Shown here: positions 30,321 to 40,477 of the stretch, piece after piece
Position numbering within the stretch: the first letter of the stretch is position 1
Layout: each line of letters starts with the position of its first letter
From: an uncultured Flavipsychrobacter sp.
GTDB lineage: Bacteria; Bacteroidota; Bacteroidia; Chitinophagales; Chitinophagaceae
NCBI GenBank assembly: GCA_964561325.1
Contig: CAZLPE010000001.1
Coordinates: 286 to 64,285 of the forward strand
Direction of reading: 5' to 3'
DNA length: 64,000 nt
Made by a program: the position numbers and the translations under genes
The notes under the pieces: generated by a model
The model's database searches: none
Seen by the model: only the letters and a program-made list of their open reading frames with translations
What the model was told of the DNA's origin: nothing

Positions 30321-30639
30321 CCAAAACTACATGTTTGTAACACTACTTTCGTTGCGTAGCTCAAAAAAGTATTGATATACTTTATGAAACTTTCAAATAA
30401 AAATACAATAAACATATTACGAACTACTGGTTAATGGCCTACTAATAAAAAAGATTAAGAATTAACACCCACGCCATGAATACCCTTTCTGACTTACGGC
30501 AAGATTGAGCAAAAAACAATCGAAAAACTACCAATTGGTATAAAACCTTATTAACTGACTGCACTCTTCAAACATTGCGATTAATTGCAAAACATATCAT
30601 AACTATAGCTTGGGGGTACTTACAAGGCGTGAAATTGAT

Positions 30640-30647
30640 TACATTTG
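30640..30647 (+). promoter_or_regulatory. -7 element for the sigma-54 activator operon
   Basis: TACATTTG, 16 nt before the ATG at 30664. Confidence 0.6.
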
Positions 30648-30663
30648 ACACATATGCCCGAAC

Positions 30664-32091
30664 ATGTATAGGATACTGGTTGTAGACGACGATAATGATA
30701 TGTGCCTGCTACTGCAGCGCTTTCTCTCCCGTCATGGGTATGAGGTAGCAATTGCAGGGAGCGGCAAAACTGCATTAGACTGGCTAAAAAAAAACAAGCC
30801 CGATTTAGTATTGTGCGATTTTCGTCTTGATGATATGACCGGAATGGAGTTACTGAGTAAGATAAAATATACCAGTCCTGATACCGGCGTAATAATTATT
30901 ACCGGATATAGCGATGTTAAGGAAGCCGTCGAGGTGATGAAGCTTGGCGCTTTCGACTATGTGACAAAGCCGTTATATCCCGACGAAATATTGCTTACAA
31001 TAAAAAAAGCGTTAGCTGAACAACAAAGCGAACCTTCGTTGCAGAAAACGCAAGTAACACCCCAAGCCGACCATAAAGGAAGTAAAAACCAAAATGCAAA
31101 GTATATCTTTGGTGAAAGCAAAGAATTTGCCGCTATTCTTAAACAAATAGAATTAGTAGCCCCCACCAACTATAGCGTAATAATTTACGGCGAAAGCGGC
31201 AGCGGCAAAGAGGCAATAGCCCAAATTATTCATACAAAAAGCAAGCGAGCAGCAAAGCCATTTATAGCTATTGACTGTGGTGCGCTTTCTAAAGACCTTG
31301 CAGGCAGCGAACTCTTCGGACATGAGAAAGGTGCATTTACCGGTGCGCTCAATCAAAAACTGGGCAGTCTGGAGCTTGCGAACGAAGGCACAATTTTTCT
31401 TGACGAAATAAGCAACCTTTCTTACGACGTACAGGTTTCGCTACTGAGAGTAGTGCAGGAACGTAAAATAAGGCGCGTGGGCGGATCGAAAGATATAGAC
31501 ATTGATGTTCGCATAATAATAGCGAGCAACGAACGCCTGTGGGATGCCGCGCGTGCAGGTAAATTCAGAGAAGATCTTTACCATAGGTTTAATGAATTTA
31601 GTATAGAAGTGCCCTCGCTACGCGAAAGAAAGCAAGATATAATGCTTTTTGCCCGTCATTTTTTGAATCTCACAAATTTAGAATTGGGTAAAGATGTAAA
31701 AGGCTTCACTCGCGATGTAGAAGATATTCTAAACAACTACATATGGTACGGCAATTTACGCGAACTTAAAAATGTGATCAAGCGCGCTACGCTACTTACT
31801 GATGGCGAATACGTAGAGGTCAAATCACTGCCTTTCGAAATCAGCAATTTCTTTAAGTTGCAATTTGATGCGCCACAGGGCGAAAAGAAACAAGCGCCTC
31901 CTGCCGGAAATGTCGTAACGCTGGAAAACAAACTAAAAACAGCCAATCTGGATGCAGAATACGAGGTAATACTCGAAGCGCTGAAACAAAGCAACTTCAA
32001 TAAAAGCAGGGCTGCTAAAATGCTGAACATAGACCGCAAAACCCTGTATAACAAAATGAGACAGTTCAAAGAATTTAATATCGACCAGTAA
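30664..32091 (+). CDS. NtrC-family sigma-54-dependent response regulator (bEBP)
   Basis: REC domain (VDDD, LCDFRL), GESGSGKE, GAFTGA, TIFLDEI, REDLYHR and C-terminal Fis-type HTH. Confidence 0.95.
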   Translation: MYRILVVDDDNDMCLLLQRFLSRHGYEVAIAGSGKTALDWLKKNKPDLVLCDFRLDDMTGMELLSKIKYTSPDTGVIIITGYSDVKEAVEVMKLGAFDYVTKPLYPDEILLTIKKALAEQQSEPSLQKTQVTPQADHKGSKNQNAKYIFGESKEFAAILKQIELVAPTNYSVIIYGESGSGKEAIAQIIHTKSKRAAKPFIAIDCGALSKDLAGSELFGHEKGAFTGALNQKLGSLELANEGTIFLDEISNLSYDVQVSLLRVVQERKIRRVGGSKDIDIDVRIIIASNERLWDAARAGKFREDLYHRFNEFSIEVPSLRERKQDIMLFARHFLNLTNLELGKDVKGFTRDVEDILNNYIWYGNLRELKNVIKRATLLTDGEYVEVKSLPFEISNFFKLQFDAPQGEKKQAPPAGNVVTLENKLKTANLDAEYEVILEALKQSNFNKSRAAKMLNIDRKTLYNKMRQFKEFNIDQ

Positions 32092-33665
32092 TGATCCCCT
32101 CGCAAACAAACGAACAAAACCCAAAGTACGAGCAATGCAAGTCGGATTACGGACTGGACAGCTCGGCGATGGCTCGAATAGCAGCCGGAGGGCCCATGCT
32201 GGTGGCCATCATCAGAAGCAAAGACTATTCGTTTATATACGCAAATACAAAATTCGAGCAGCATTTGGGCTATTCTGCTTCTGAGCTGACTGGTGAAAAG
32301 AAATTTACGGATCTAATAGAGGCATACCAGTTACATCGTTTTGAATTTGTTCTTAAAAATGTAGCTGACATAAATGATGCACAGGCCCAATTTTCAGTTT
32401 TTAAATTGCTGAACAAGCAAGGCGTTCTGCGCCCCTTTTACCTATCGGCGGCGCCTTCAGATCTCGAACCGGGCGCTTATTACATTAATTTGCAACCCGA
32501 CCTATCTAAATGGGATATGCCATTTACTTCTTTCAACACCAGAGAACTTTTTCTACAGCAATTCAATAGTGAAGACTTTGGTACGTTTGAATGGATTATC
32601 GCGTTTGATCGGGTATATTGGTCAACAGGGATATACAATATTTATGAAGTTGAGCCGGGAAAAGAAATCGACTACAAGTATGTAAGTTCTTTTGTTCATC
32701 CTGCAGACAAAGCAAAGCTAAGCGGCGCAGTAAAAACATCTATCGAATCCGGAACCGAGCTAAGTGTGGAGTTTCGGATAATAACAGCCCGCAATAATGT
32801 GAAAACAATTTTGACGCTTGGACGAACAATTAAAAATAAAGATGGCGCAGGCATTATTTATGCAGGTAGCGTGTGGGATGTAACCCGACAGCGCGCTATA
32901 GAAGAAGATTTAAAAAACAAAGTTGAGGAACTAAATCACTCTAATAAAGAACTGGAAGAATTTGCATACATGGCAAGTCATGATATGCAGGAACCGCTCA
33001 GAAAAATCAGCACGTTCAGCGACCGGTTGTCAGAAAAATACAAGGATGTACTGAAAGAGGAAGGCGCAATGTATCTGCGGCGAATAATTGCATCTGCCGA
33101 CAATATGCGTTCGCTTATCAATGACCTGCTGGAGTTTTCAAAAATCGCTAAAACAAGTCAATCATACGAAATAGTAGATCTCAACTTGGTATACAGGCAG
33201 GTAAAAACAGACCTGGAACTGATAATAGAAGAAACCGCTACGCAAATCAATGTGCAACCATTACCATTAGTGCCGGGTATACCTTCTCAAATGAAACAAC
33301 TGTTTACCAATATCATCAACAATGCAATAAAGTTCAGGAAAACGGATGTACCACCCCATATTGACATTGAAGTAATGAAGCCGGCAGATGAAGAACTACA
33401 AAAATACGAACTGAACCGTCATTCTAAATACTGTAAAATTAGCATAACCGACAATGGTATAGGCTTTGAAAGCGAGTATGCTCAGCGAATTTTTCAGGTT
33501 TTTCAGCGCCTGCACGGAAAGGCGGAATATCCCGGATCGGGTATTGGTTTAGCAATATGCAAGAAAATACTGGAGTACCACCATGGCGCCATATATGCCG
33601 AGAACGTACCGGGTAGCGGAGCGCGCTTTGTATGCATAATGCCGGCTTTGCAACCTAAATCATAA
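32091..33665 (+). CDS. Cytoplasmic PAS-PAS histidine kinase
   Basis: Two PAS/PAC segments (GTFEW...VHPAD), H-box MASHDMQEPLRKI, DNGIGF and GSGIGLAIC; TAATG overlap with the bEBP stop. Confidence 0.92.
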   Translation: MIPSQTNEQNPKYEQCKSDYGLDSSAMARIAAGGPMLVAIIRSKDYSFIYANTKFEQHLGYSASELTGEKKFTDLIEAYQLHRFEFVLKNVADINDAQAQFSVFKLLNKQGVLRPFYLSAAPSDLEPGAYYINLQPDLSKWDMPFTSFNTRELFLQQFNSEDFGTFEWIIAFDRVYWSTGIYNIYEVEPGKEIDYKYVSSFVHPADKAKLSGAVKTSIESGTELSVEFRIITARNNVKTILTLGRTIKNKDGAGIIYAGSVWDVTRQRAIEEDLKNKVEELNHSNKELEEFAYMASHDMQEPLRKISTFSDRLSEKYKDVLKEEGAMYLRRIIASADNMRSLINDLLEFSKIAKTSQSYEIVDLNLVYRQVKTDLELIIEETATQINVQPLPLVPGIPSQMKQLFTNIINNAIKFRKTDVPPHIDIEVMKPADEELQKYELNRHSKYCKISITDNGIGFESEYAQRIFQVFQRLHGKAEYPGSGIGLAICKKILEYHHGAIYAENVPGSGARFVCIMPALQPKS

Positions 33666-33684
33666 CCGTCTAGCCAGATACTAT

Positions 33685-35121
33685 ATGCGACAAAAAGCAA
33701 GAATTTTGATAGTAGACGATGATGAAGATGATTTTTTGTTGACAAGCGACTACATACAGTCCATTCCCGGCGGGCGGTTTCATTTGGAGTGGTGTAAAAG
33801 TTTCAACGAAGGATTGCTACACCTTAAGGAACGTAGGTACGAATTGTACTTTGTAGATTATAGATTAGGCGCAAAATCTGGCGTAGACTTTCTGAAGGAG
33901 GCGATGCGTTTGGAAAGCGAATCGCCTATCGTATTACTGACAGGTAAAGGCAACTATGAAGTTGACATTCAGGCAATGCAATATGGCGCTGTAGATTACC
34001 TAGTAAAAACAGAGCTTACAGTTGAGAAAATGGAACGGTGCATAAGATATGCACTGGATAGAGCCGCCACGCTAAAAGCATTGAGGACAAACGAGCGCAA
34101 ATACCGCAGTATATTTGAAAAGTCAAAAGATGTAGTTTTTGTTGCCGACGAAAAGTTGAATTTTACGGACATAAACAATGCGGTAACAGCGTTACTGGGT
34201 TACGAACAATCGGAAGCATTGGCAATAAACCTGTTTGATGTGGTAGCAGACGAACGTCAGCGCAAAATATTGCAAATGCGTTTGCAAAGCATGACCGACC
34301 TAAACGACTACGAAGTAATACTAAGCACTAAAGCCGGCGAAACAAAAAACTGTATGCTTACGCTGACTTTAGAAACCAATAAAGAAGACGCTACCTATGT
34401 ACAGGGTATAATACACGATATAACAAACCTAAAAAAGGTAGAAAAAGCAACGCTGCAAGCTGAAAAATTAGCCGCTGCGGGCAGACTTGTACGTACGTTG
34501 GCGCACGAGGTAAGAAACCCGCTCAACAATATTCTTTTATCTGTAGAACAAATGCAGCAGGCCGGCGACGACGACAGGCATTTGTATTTGTCTATCATAC
34601 AGCGCAACAGTAAACGCATCAACGACCTGATAACAGAGTTATTGAATACATCGCGCCCGTCTGAAAACAAACTCAGCCGACACTATCTGCAAGAACTAAT
34701 GAACGAGGTAATAGGCGGTGCAAAGGACAGGATTACCTTAAAAAAAATTGCGCTAAAACTTGATTATCCTGAAAAACCGGTAGAGATATATGCAGACAAA
34801 GGCAATCTAAAACTCGCGCTTCAAAACATTGTGATTAATGCTATAGAAGCTATGACGGAAGAAGTTGGCGAACTGACCATAACAATGGCTGATTTTCATG
34901 GGTATTGCGCACTAACCATAACAGATAATGGTTGCGGAATAAGCGAAGAGAATATTTCGCGCTTATTTGAGCCTTATTTTACACAAAAACGTAATGGAAT
35001 AGGATTAGGTTTAACGTTCACACTCAACATATTGCAAGCCCACAAAGCTAAAATTGACGTTATTTCTAAACCGGGTAATGGAGCAACCTTTACCATATTG
35101 TTCCCTATAGAAGACAGGTAA
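33685..35121 (+). CDS. Hybrid REC-PAS-histidine kinase
   Basis: N-terminal REC (VDDD, VDYRLG, LLTG), PAS, H-box LAHEVRNPL, NAIEA, DNGCG and GLGL motifs. Confidence 0.92.
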   Translation: MRQKARILIVDDDEDDFLLTSDYIQSIPGGRFHLEWCKSFNEGLLHLKERRYELYFVDYRLGAKSGVDFLKEAMRLESESPIVLLTGKGNYEVDIQAMQYGAVDYLVKTELTVEKMERCIRYALDRAATLKALRTNERKYRSIFEKSKDVVFVADEKLNFTDINNAVTALLGYEQSEALAINLFDVVADERQRKILQMRLQSMTDLNDYEVILSTKAGETKNCMLTLTLETNKEDATYVQGIIHDITNLKKVEKATLQAEKLAAAGRLVRTLAHEVRNPLNNILLSVEQMQQAGDDDRHLYLSIIQRNSKRINDLITELLNTSRPSENKLSRHYLQELMNEVIGGAKDRITLKKIALKLDYPEKPVEIYADKGNLKLALQNIVINAIEAMTEEVGELTITMADFHGYCALTITDNGCGISEENISRLFEPYFTQKRNGIGLGLTFTLNILQAHKAKIDVISKPGNGATFTILFPIEDR

Positions 35122-35122
35122 T

Positions 35123-35161
35123 AAAAAAAACTGCGCCAACCACAATAGCAGTCGGCGCAGT
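35123..35161 (-). terminator. Terminator between the kinase operon and proS
   Basis: A8 run followed by actgcgccaac...gtcggcgcagt stem. Confidence 0.65.
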
Positions 35162-35187
35162 AATAATACAGGGTTAAATAATACTAT

Positions 35188-36666
35188 TTAGTATGCTCTG
35201 GCAAACAAAACACGTTGTGTAGACGGTTTGCCAGTAAGTACGCATACGCCGTTTTCCTGCTCATTGTTAAGCGGTATACAACGAATAGTAGCTTTAGATA
35301 GTTCTTTTATTTTCTCTTCGGTTTCGCTTGTTCCGTCCCAGTGAGCGCTAACAAAACCTGATTTTTCATCCAATATACGCATAAACTCATCCCATGTGTC
35401 CACTTTTGTAGTGTTTTCTGTACGGAACAGTAATGCTCTTGCATACATATTTGCCTGAATATCTTCAAGCAACTGAGGTATTCTGTCTGCCAAACCGTCT
35501 AATTGCAGATTCATTTTCTCCTTAGTATCTCTACGTGCAACTTCTGCTATATTATTTTCAATATCGCGAGCCCCTAGGGCTATGCGTACAGGTACTCCCT
35601 TCAACTCATATTCCGCAAACTTCCATCCCGGACGCGCATTATCGTCGTCGTCATACTTCACCCGTATGTTGTTACGTTTCAGCGTAGCAATCATTTCTTT
35701 TGCAATTCTGTCTATTTTGGCGCGCGCTTCCGGATCTTTGTTGTAGATAGGAATCAAAACAACCTGCGTTGGCGCCAGCCTCGGGGGCAACACAAGACCT
35801 TCATCGTCGCTATGAGCCATAACTAAAGCGCCTACAAGGCGGGTAGAAACGCCCCATGAAGTAGCCCAAACATAAGACAGATTATTGTCTTTATCGCGGA
35901 AGGTAACATCGAACGCCTTGGCAAAATTCTGACCAAGAAAATGTGATGTGCCTGCCTGCAATGCCTTACCGTCCTGCATCAATGCCTCTATACAGTAGGT
36001 GTCTTCGGCGCCAGCAAAACGCTCGTTAGCAGTCTTTACACCTCTAACAACAGGGATAGCCATGTATTCCTCTGCAAATGTGGCATACACTTCCAGCATT
36101 TTTTTGGTTTCTTCTATCGCTTCCTCTCTTGTAGCATGCGCTGTATGGCCTTCCTGCCACAAAAATTCAGTTGTACGCAAAAAAAGTCGAGTACGCATTT
36201 CCCAACGCACCACATTTGCCCACTGATTTATAAGTAGCGGTAAATCGCGATAACTCTGTATCCAGTCTTTATAGGTGTTCCAGATTATTGTTTCAGATGT
36301 AGGTCTTACTATCAGTTCTTCCTCCAGCTTTGCTTCAGGATCTACTATTACACCGCCGCCATTGGGGTCGTTTTTCAACCGGTAATGGGTTACCACAGCG
36401 CACTCTTTCGCAAATCCCTCTACGTGAGCCGCTTCTTTACTTAAAAAACTCTTAGGTATAAAAAGAGGAAAATAGGCGTTCTGGTGCCCGGTTTCCTTAA
36501 ATCGCTTGTCCAGCTCGTCGCGCATGTGCTCCCAAAGTGCATACCCATGCGGCTTGATAACCATACAACCTTTTACAGCCGAATAATCGGCTAGTCCACC
36601 CTTGAGCACTATATCATTATACCACTGGGCATAATCATCCTTTCGATTTGTTAAAATTTTTGACAT
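35188..36666 (-). CDS. proS: Proline--tRNA ligase (eukaryote/archaea-like type)
   Basis: [46 protein letters not shown] and C-terminal LFARAY. Confidence 0.98.
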   Translation of the reverse strand: MSKILTNRKDDYAQWYNDIVLKGGLADYSAVKGCMVIKPHGYALWEHMRDELDKRFKETGHQNAYFPLFIPKSFLSKEAAHVEGFAKECAVVTHYRLKNDPNGGGVIVDPEAKLEEELIVRPTSETIIWNTYKDWIQSYRDLPLLINQWANVVRWEMRTRLFLRTTEFLWQEGHTAHATREEAIEETKKMLEVYATFAEEYMAIPVVRGVKTANERFAGAEDTYCIEALMQDGKALQAGTSHFLGQNFAKAFDVTFRDKDNNLSYVWATSWGVSTRLVGALVMAHSDDEGLVLPPRLAPTQVVLIPIYNKDPEARAKIDRIAKEMIATLKRNNIRVKYDDDDNARPGWKFAEYELKGVPVRIALGARDIENNIAEVARRDTKEKMNLQLDGLADRIPQLLEDIQANMYARALLFRTENTTKVDTWDEFMRILDEKSGFVSAHWDGTSETEEKIKELSKATIRCIPLNNEQENGVCVLTGKPSTQRVLFARAY

Positions 36667-36673
36667 AATAAAC

Positions 36674-36690
36674 TTGGCACGCTTTTAGCA
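36674..36690 (+). promoter_or_regulatory. Putative sigma-54 (-24/-12) promoter for 36761-39624
   Basis: TTGGCACGCTTTTAGCA: GG at 36676-77, 10-nt spacer, GC at 36688-89; near consensus TGGCACG-N4-TTGC. Confidence 0.62.
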
Positions 36691-36714
36691 ATCCCTTTTA
36701 TTGGTGATGAGCCG

Positions 36715-36722
36715 CAAAAGTA
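36715..36722 (-). promoter_or_regulatory. -7 element for proS
   Basis: caaaagta reads TACTTTTG on the minus strand. Confidence 0.6.
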
Positions 36723-36760
36723 GTAATTTCACTAAGCATTTTAAGTAAAAACAATTCCAA

Positions 36761-37900
36761 ATGAAACGTTCCCTTCTAATTGGATTAATGGCGTTAGGTA
36801 TAGTAGAGGTGGCAAATGCACAGGTAGATGACATTTATGCCACCGGCGCCGACCAAAAACACTATAGTCGCCGGTCGTTTGACACAACCCAAGCTAATTA
36901 CAACACCACTGAAAACGTATCCGGACAACAAGACCAAAATAACAACAACGGATACGGCAATGTTAATGCCCCCGACAATTATCAAAGTTACAATAACGCA
37001 GAAGACTATATAGACTACGATGACGACTCTTATAGCTCGCGCATCAACAGGTTCGATAATGGTTTTTACAATATGGGCTACTATAGCACATTTTATAACC
37101 CGTTTTGGTACAACCGGTATTGGGTAGACCCATATTGGGGATATAATCCGTGGGGATCGAGCATTGGTTTTAGTGTTGACTATGGTCCGTACTGGAGTTC
37201 TTACTGGGGATATAATACTTGGTATGGGTATAGTTCGTTTGGCAGCTACTACAATACGCCATTTTATAGTTGCGGATACTACAGTCCGTATTATGGCGGC
37301 TACTGGAACAGGTATTACTCGGGTATTGATAACAGGTACAATAGCTACAGGACTGTGAGCTATGGCCCAAGACAACATGCTAATAGTGGATACAGGTATT
37401 ATAACAACAATGGCGGCAACAGCCTGAATCGCGTTAGCGGAGCCAACCAGATGGGTTTGCGCGTACCTCAGCAGCAATACGGCGGCAACTCATTGAACAG
37501 AATGGCTACGCCGGGAAATCGCGACGCCGGCGGCTACCGCAACAATAACCGCTACGACAACAATGTTAACCAGAGACCGGGATCAGTTAATTTCCCACAA
37601 AATTCTGGTAGGCAAATTACTCAGGACAACAACCAAATGCAGCAACAGCGCGGCGGCGGCCGGGGAAACGGTGGTGGGTTCAGAAACTTTATCAATAACA
37701 TAAATACTAACCCGGGCGTACAGCAAGGCGGCGGTAGACAAATGAACACAAGTCCTTCTGTTTTTGGCGGTAACCGCGGAGGCAACAATAGTAGCCCAAC
37801 TATCATCAATAATGCTCGCCCTTCTGGCGGAGGAGGCGGTCGTAGCTCTGGCGGTGGCAACTCAAACAATACAGGAGGCGGACGCGGCGGACGCAGATAA
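36761..37900 (+). CDS. Secreted low-complexity protein (Tyr/Trp/Gly-rich core, Asn/Gly/Arg/Gln-rich tail)
   Basis: Signal peptide, DDIY motif, aromatic-rich segment (YNPFWYNRYWVDPYWGYNPW), long GGR/NNN tail. Confidence 0.8.
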   Translation: MKRSLLIGLMALGIVEVANAQVDDIYATGADQKHYSRRSFDTTQANYNTTENVSGQQDQNNNNGYGNVNAPDNYQSYNNAEDYIDYDDDSYSSRINRFDNGFYNMGYYSTFYNPFWYNRYWVDPYWGYNPWGSSIGFSVDYGPYWSSYWGYNTWYGYSSFGSYYNTPFYSCGYYSPYYGGYWNRYYSGIDNRYNSYRTVSYGPRQHANSGYRYYNNNGGNSLNRVSGANQMGLRVPQQQYGGNSLNRMATPGNRDAGGYRNNNRYDNNVNQRPGSVNFPQNSGRQITQDNNQMQQQRGGGRGNGGGFRNFINNINTNPGVQQGGGRQMNTSPSVFGGNRGGNNSSPTIINNARPSGGGGGRSSGGGNSNNTGGGRGGRR

Positions 37901-37928
37901 TGATGCAGCTACGTTAAAAGAAATATAA

Positions 37929-37965
37929 AACAAGGCATTGCTACACCATGTACCAATGCCTTGTT
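37929..37965. terminator. Stem-loop between the low-complexity gene and the FadL-like gene
   Basis: aacaaggcattg...caatgccttgtt, 12-bp perfect stem. Confidence 0.55.
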
Positions 37966-38064
37966 GCGTTTTTACCAATAACGGGTACGGTTTTTGAAAG
38001 TATAATTTCAGATTACCGTTAAACAAACTAACAATAACAACAGTCAAAAGAAAAAACACACATC

Positions 38065-39624
38065 ATGCAACATCTCAAATATGCGCTATTTTCTGCATTT
38101 GCATTCGGCGCTATTTCGGTATCGGCTCAAGACCTTGCCGAGGCATATAATCTCTCTAATTTAAAAGTACAGGGCACAGCCCGCAGTATGGGCTTTGGCA
38201 ATGCTTTGGGCTCCGTTGGCGGCGACTTCAGCTCTATAAGCGTCAACCCGGCAGGTCTCGGCGTTTATCGCAGTTCCGAGCTAAGTTTCACATCTTCGCT
38301 CAGGGCCAACTCGGCTACAAGCCAATACCTTGGCACAGAAACAATGGACAATAACGTCCATTTCAATATCAACAACTTCGGACTGGTATTTACCAACGCG
38401 CCTAAAGGTAAACGCTATGATAAACGCGACTGGAAGACTGTATCGTTTGCATTTGGTATGAACCGAGTAGCCGATTTCAACAGAACATATACCTACACCG
38501 GTCGCAACAACAACAGCTCCGCAACACAAGTTTTTGAATCAGACGCCAATCAATATCCCAATTATACCGTAGGCACACAAAACGCAAATGGTTTAGGATA
38601 TATGGGTTATCAGGCATACCTTATAGATCAGGTAGCGACAGATAGATACAGATCTATTGTGCCCATAGCTGGCGGTATAAATCAGACTAAGAACATCAAA
38701 GAAAATGGCGGTATAAACGAATATGTAATAGCGCTTGGAGGCAACTATAAAGAAAAATTGATTCTCGGCGCCACCATAGGCTTGCCATCGTTCAATTATA
38801 CCCGCAAAAGCTATTATACCGAGACGCTCGCTCCCGGCAATAGCGGAAGCGGAGACACATCGGTGTTTTCCCGCATGAATTACGGAGAAACGCTCGACTT
38901 AACCGGCAATGGCATTAATCTTAAAATAGGCGCTATATACAAACTAAACGACTATTTCAGAGTTGGCGCTGCATTCCACTCCCCTACTTACTATACCATC
39001 ACTGATATTTATCGCCCTGAACTGACATCGGTAGTTAACAACAATATCTACAATCTTTCAGTTGGTAATGGTACGTTGATCGAAAATCAGTTCGACTACT
39101 TCCTGTCTACTCCATGGAAAAGTACTGTGAGCGCAACTTTCATCTACAAGAAGCTTGGATTTATTACAGCCGATCTTGAGTACGTAGACTATGCATCGGC
39201 ACGGTACACCTATCCCGATGGTATAGACAATGCTACAGGGCAAAGTTTTAGCGAGGAAGCCAACGCTAAAAATCAGCAAATAAGCAGTACTTACACTGGC
39301 GTTACCAACCTAAGGATAGGAGCGGAAGGTGTAATCAATAAATTCTTTATGCTTCGCGCAGGTTTTGGTTATTATGGCAACCCCTATAAGCAATCAGGTT
39401 ACGATGGTAGCCGTATGGATTTTTCTGGTGGACTCGGCTTTAGGTTCCAGCACTTCTTCGCCGACTTTGGCGTTGTACACACACAGTATAAAAGCACAGA
39501 AACACCATACAATATCGACTACAGCAATTCATCTGTCATTTCAGGGCCAGCCGTTGCAGCGCCTACAGCCTACAACACGTTCAAAGGCAATAACATTGCG
39601 CTGACTGTAGGATTGAAGTTTTAA
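38065..39624 (+). CDS. OmpP1/FadL/TodX family outer-membrane protein
   Basis: GTARSMGFGNALGSVGGDFSSISVNPAGLG N-terminus, beta-barrel, C-terminal VGLKF. Confidence 0.88.
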   Translation: MQHLKYALFSAFAFGAISVSAQDLAEAYNLSNLKVQGTARSMGFGNALGSVGGDFSSISVNPAGLGVYRSSELSFTSSLRANSATSQYLGTETMDNNVHFNINNFGLVFTNAPKGKRYDKRDWKTVSFAFGMNRVADFNRTYTYTGRNNNSSATQVFESDANQYPNYTVGTQNANGLGYMGYQAYLIDQVATDRYRSIVPIAGGINQTKNIKENGGINEYVIALGGNYKEKLILGATIGLPSFNYTRKSYYTETLAPGNSGSGDTSVFSRMNYGETLDLTGNGINLKIGAIYKLNDYFRVGAAFHSPTYYTITDIYRPELTSVVNNNIYNLSVGNGTLIENQFDYFLSTPWKSTVSATFIYKKLGFITADLEYVDYASARYTYPDGIDNATGQSFSEEANAKNQQISSTYTGVTNLRIGAEGVINKFFMLRAGFGYYGNPYKQSGYDGSRMDFSGGLGFRFQHFFADFGVVHTQYKSTETPYNIDYSNSSVISGPAVAAPTAYNTFKGNNIALTVGLKF

Positions 39625-39645
39625 AGCATTTTTACAATAATAACC

Positions 39646-39688
39646 ATAAACAAAGGCGTTGTACTCTATGTGCAACGCCTTTGTTTAT
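39646..39688 (+). terminator. Terminator after the FadL-like gene
   Basis: Perfect 16-bp inverted repeat ataaacaaaggcgttg/caacgcctttgtttat. Confidence 0.75.
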
Positions 39689-39863
39689 AGTAGCGCTAAC
39701 AACTACCCTTGCAAAAAGTAACGGAGATAAAATTTGGTAAACACAACGCGCAAAAAGCCTTATTTTTGTTGTGCTTGTCTGAACCAAATCAAACAGGCGC
39801 AATAAACAACAATAACTAACCGTGATTATCCGTTAGTTAATATTCATCTACTACCCCATAAAT

Positions 39864-40412
39864 ATGGATATAGCCAATACAGTACTTGAGCTCGTAAAAT
39901 ACACTCTCCCATCCGTAGTTGTGCTTGCCTCAAGCTATTTAATAGTAAAGAACTTCCTTATTTCTGAAACCAAACGCAAGCAACTTGCGCTGTTTCAAGA
40001 TGCCCAGAACATAACGCTCAATCTAAGATTGCAGGCTTATGAGCGTATGGCGTTGTTTGTAGAACGTATCAATCCGAGATCTCTGATTACACGAGTGTAC
40101 GACCCGTCTATGACAGTCAGTGAGTTGCAATATGCGATAACGATAACGATCAGGGCGGAATTTGAACACAATTTGTCGCAGCAGATTTATGTATCGAAAA
40201 ATGTGTGGGAAACCGTAAAAAATGTCAAGGAGCAAGAGATACACATGGCCAACCACATTGGTAAAAGTTTGCGCCCCGATGCACCTGCCAAAGAGTTGCA
40301 TGCTATGATTTTGAATTATGTTCTTAACTCCGACACAGAATCGCCTACAGAAGTAGCGCTGCAAATTATTAAAGACGAAGTAAGGACCCTACTGACCTAC
40401 GGCGCCATGTAA
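39864..40412 (+). CDS. Hypothetical membrane-anchored protein
   Basis: N-terminal TM, LRLQAYERMALFVERI and EFEHNLSQQIYVS segments; TATTTTTG box at 39761. Confidence 0.8.
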   Translation: MDIANTVLELVKYTLPSVVVLASSYLIVKNFLISETKRKQLALFQDAQNITLNLRLQAYERMALFVERINPRSLITRVYDPSMTVSELQYAITITIRAEFEHNLSQQIYVSKNVWETVKNVKEQEIHMANHIGKSLRPDAPAKELHAMILNYVLNSDTESPTEVALQIIKDEVRTLLTYGAM

Positions 40413-40477
40413 GCCATAGAGCAAGAACGATATACACAAAATACATTTACAACAAAATGAAAAGCTACCAATAGCTT

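Noticed and set aside
36794-37477. 227-aa reverse-strand ORF
   Set aside because: Antisense shadow of the Tyr/Asn-rich gene; its Val/Ile bias follows from complementary codons.
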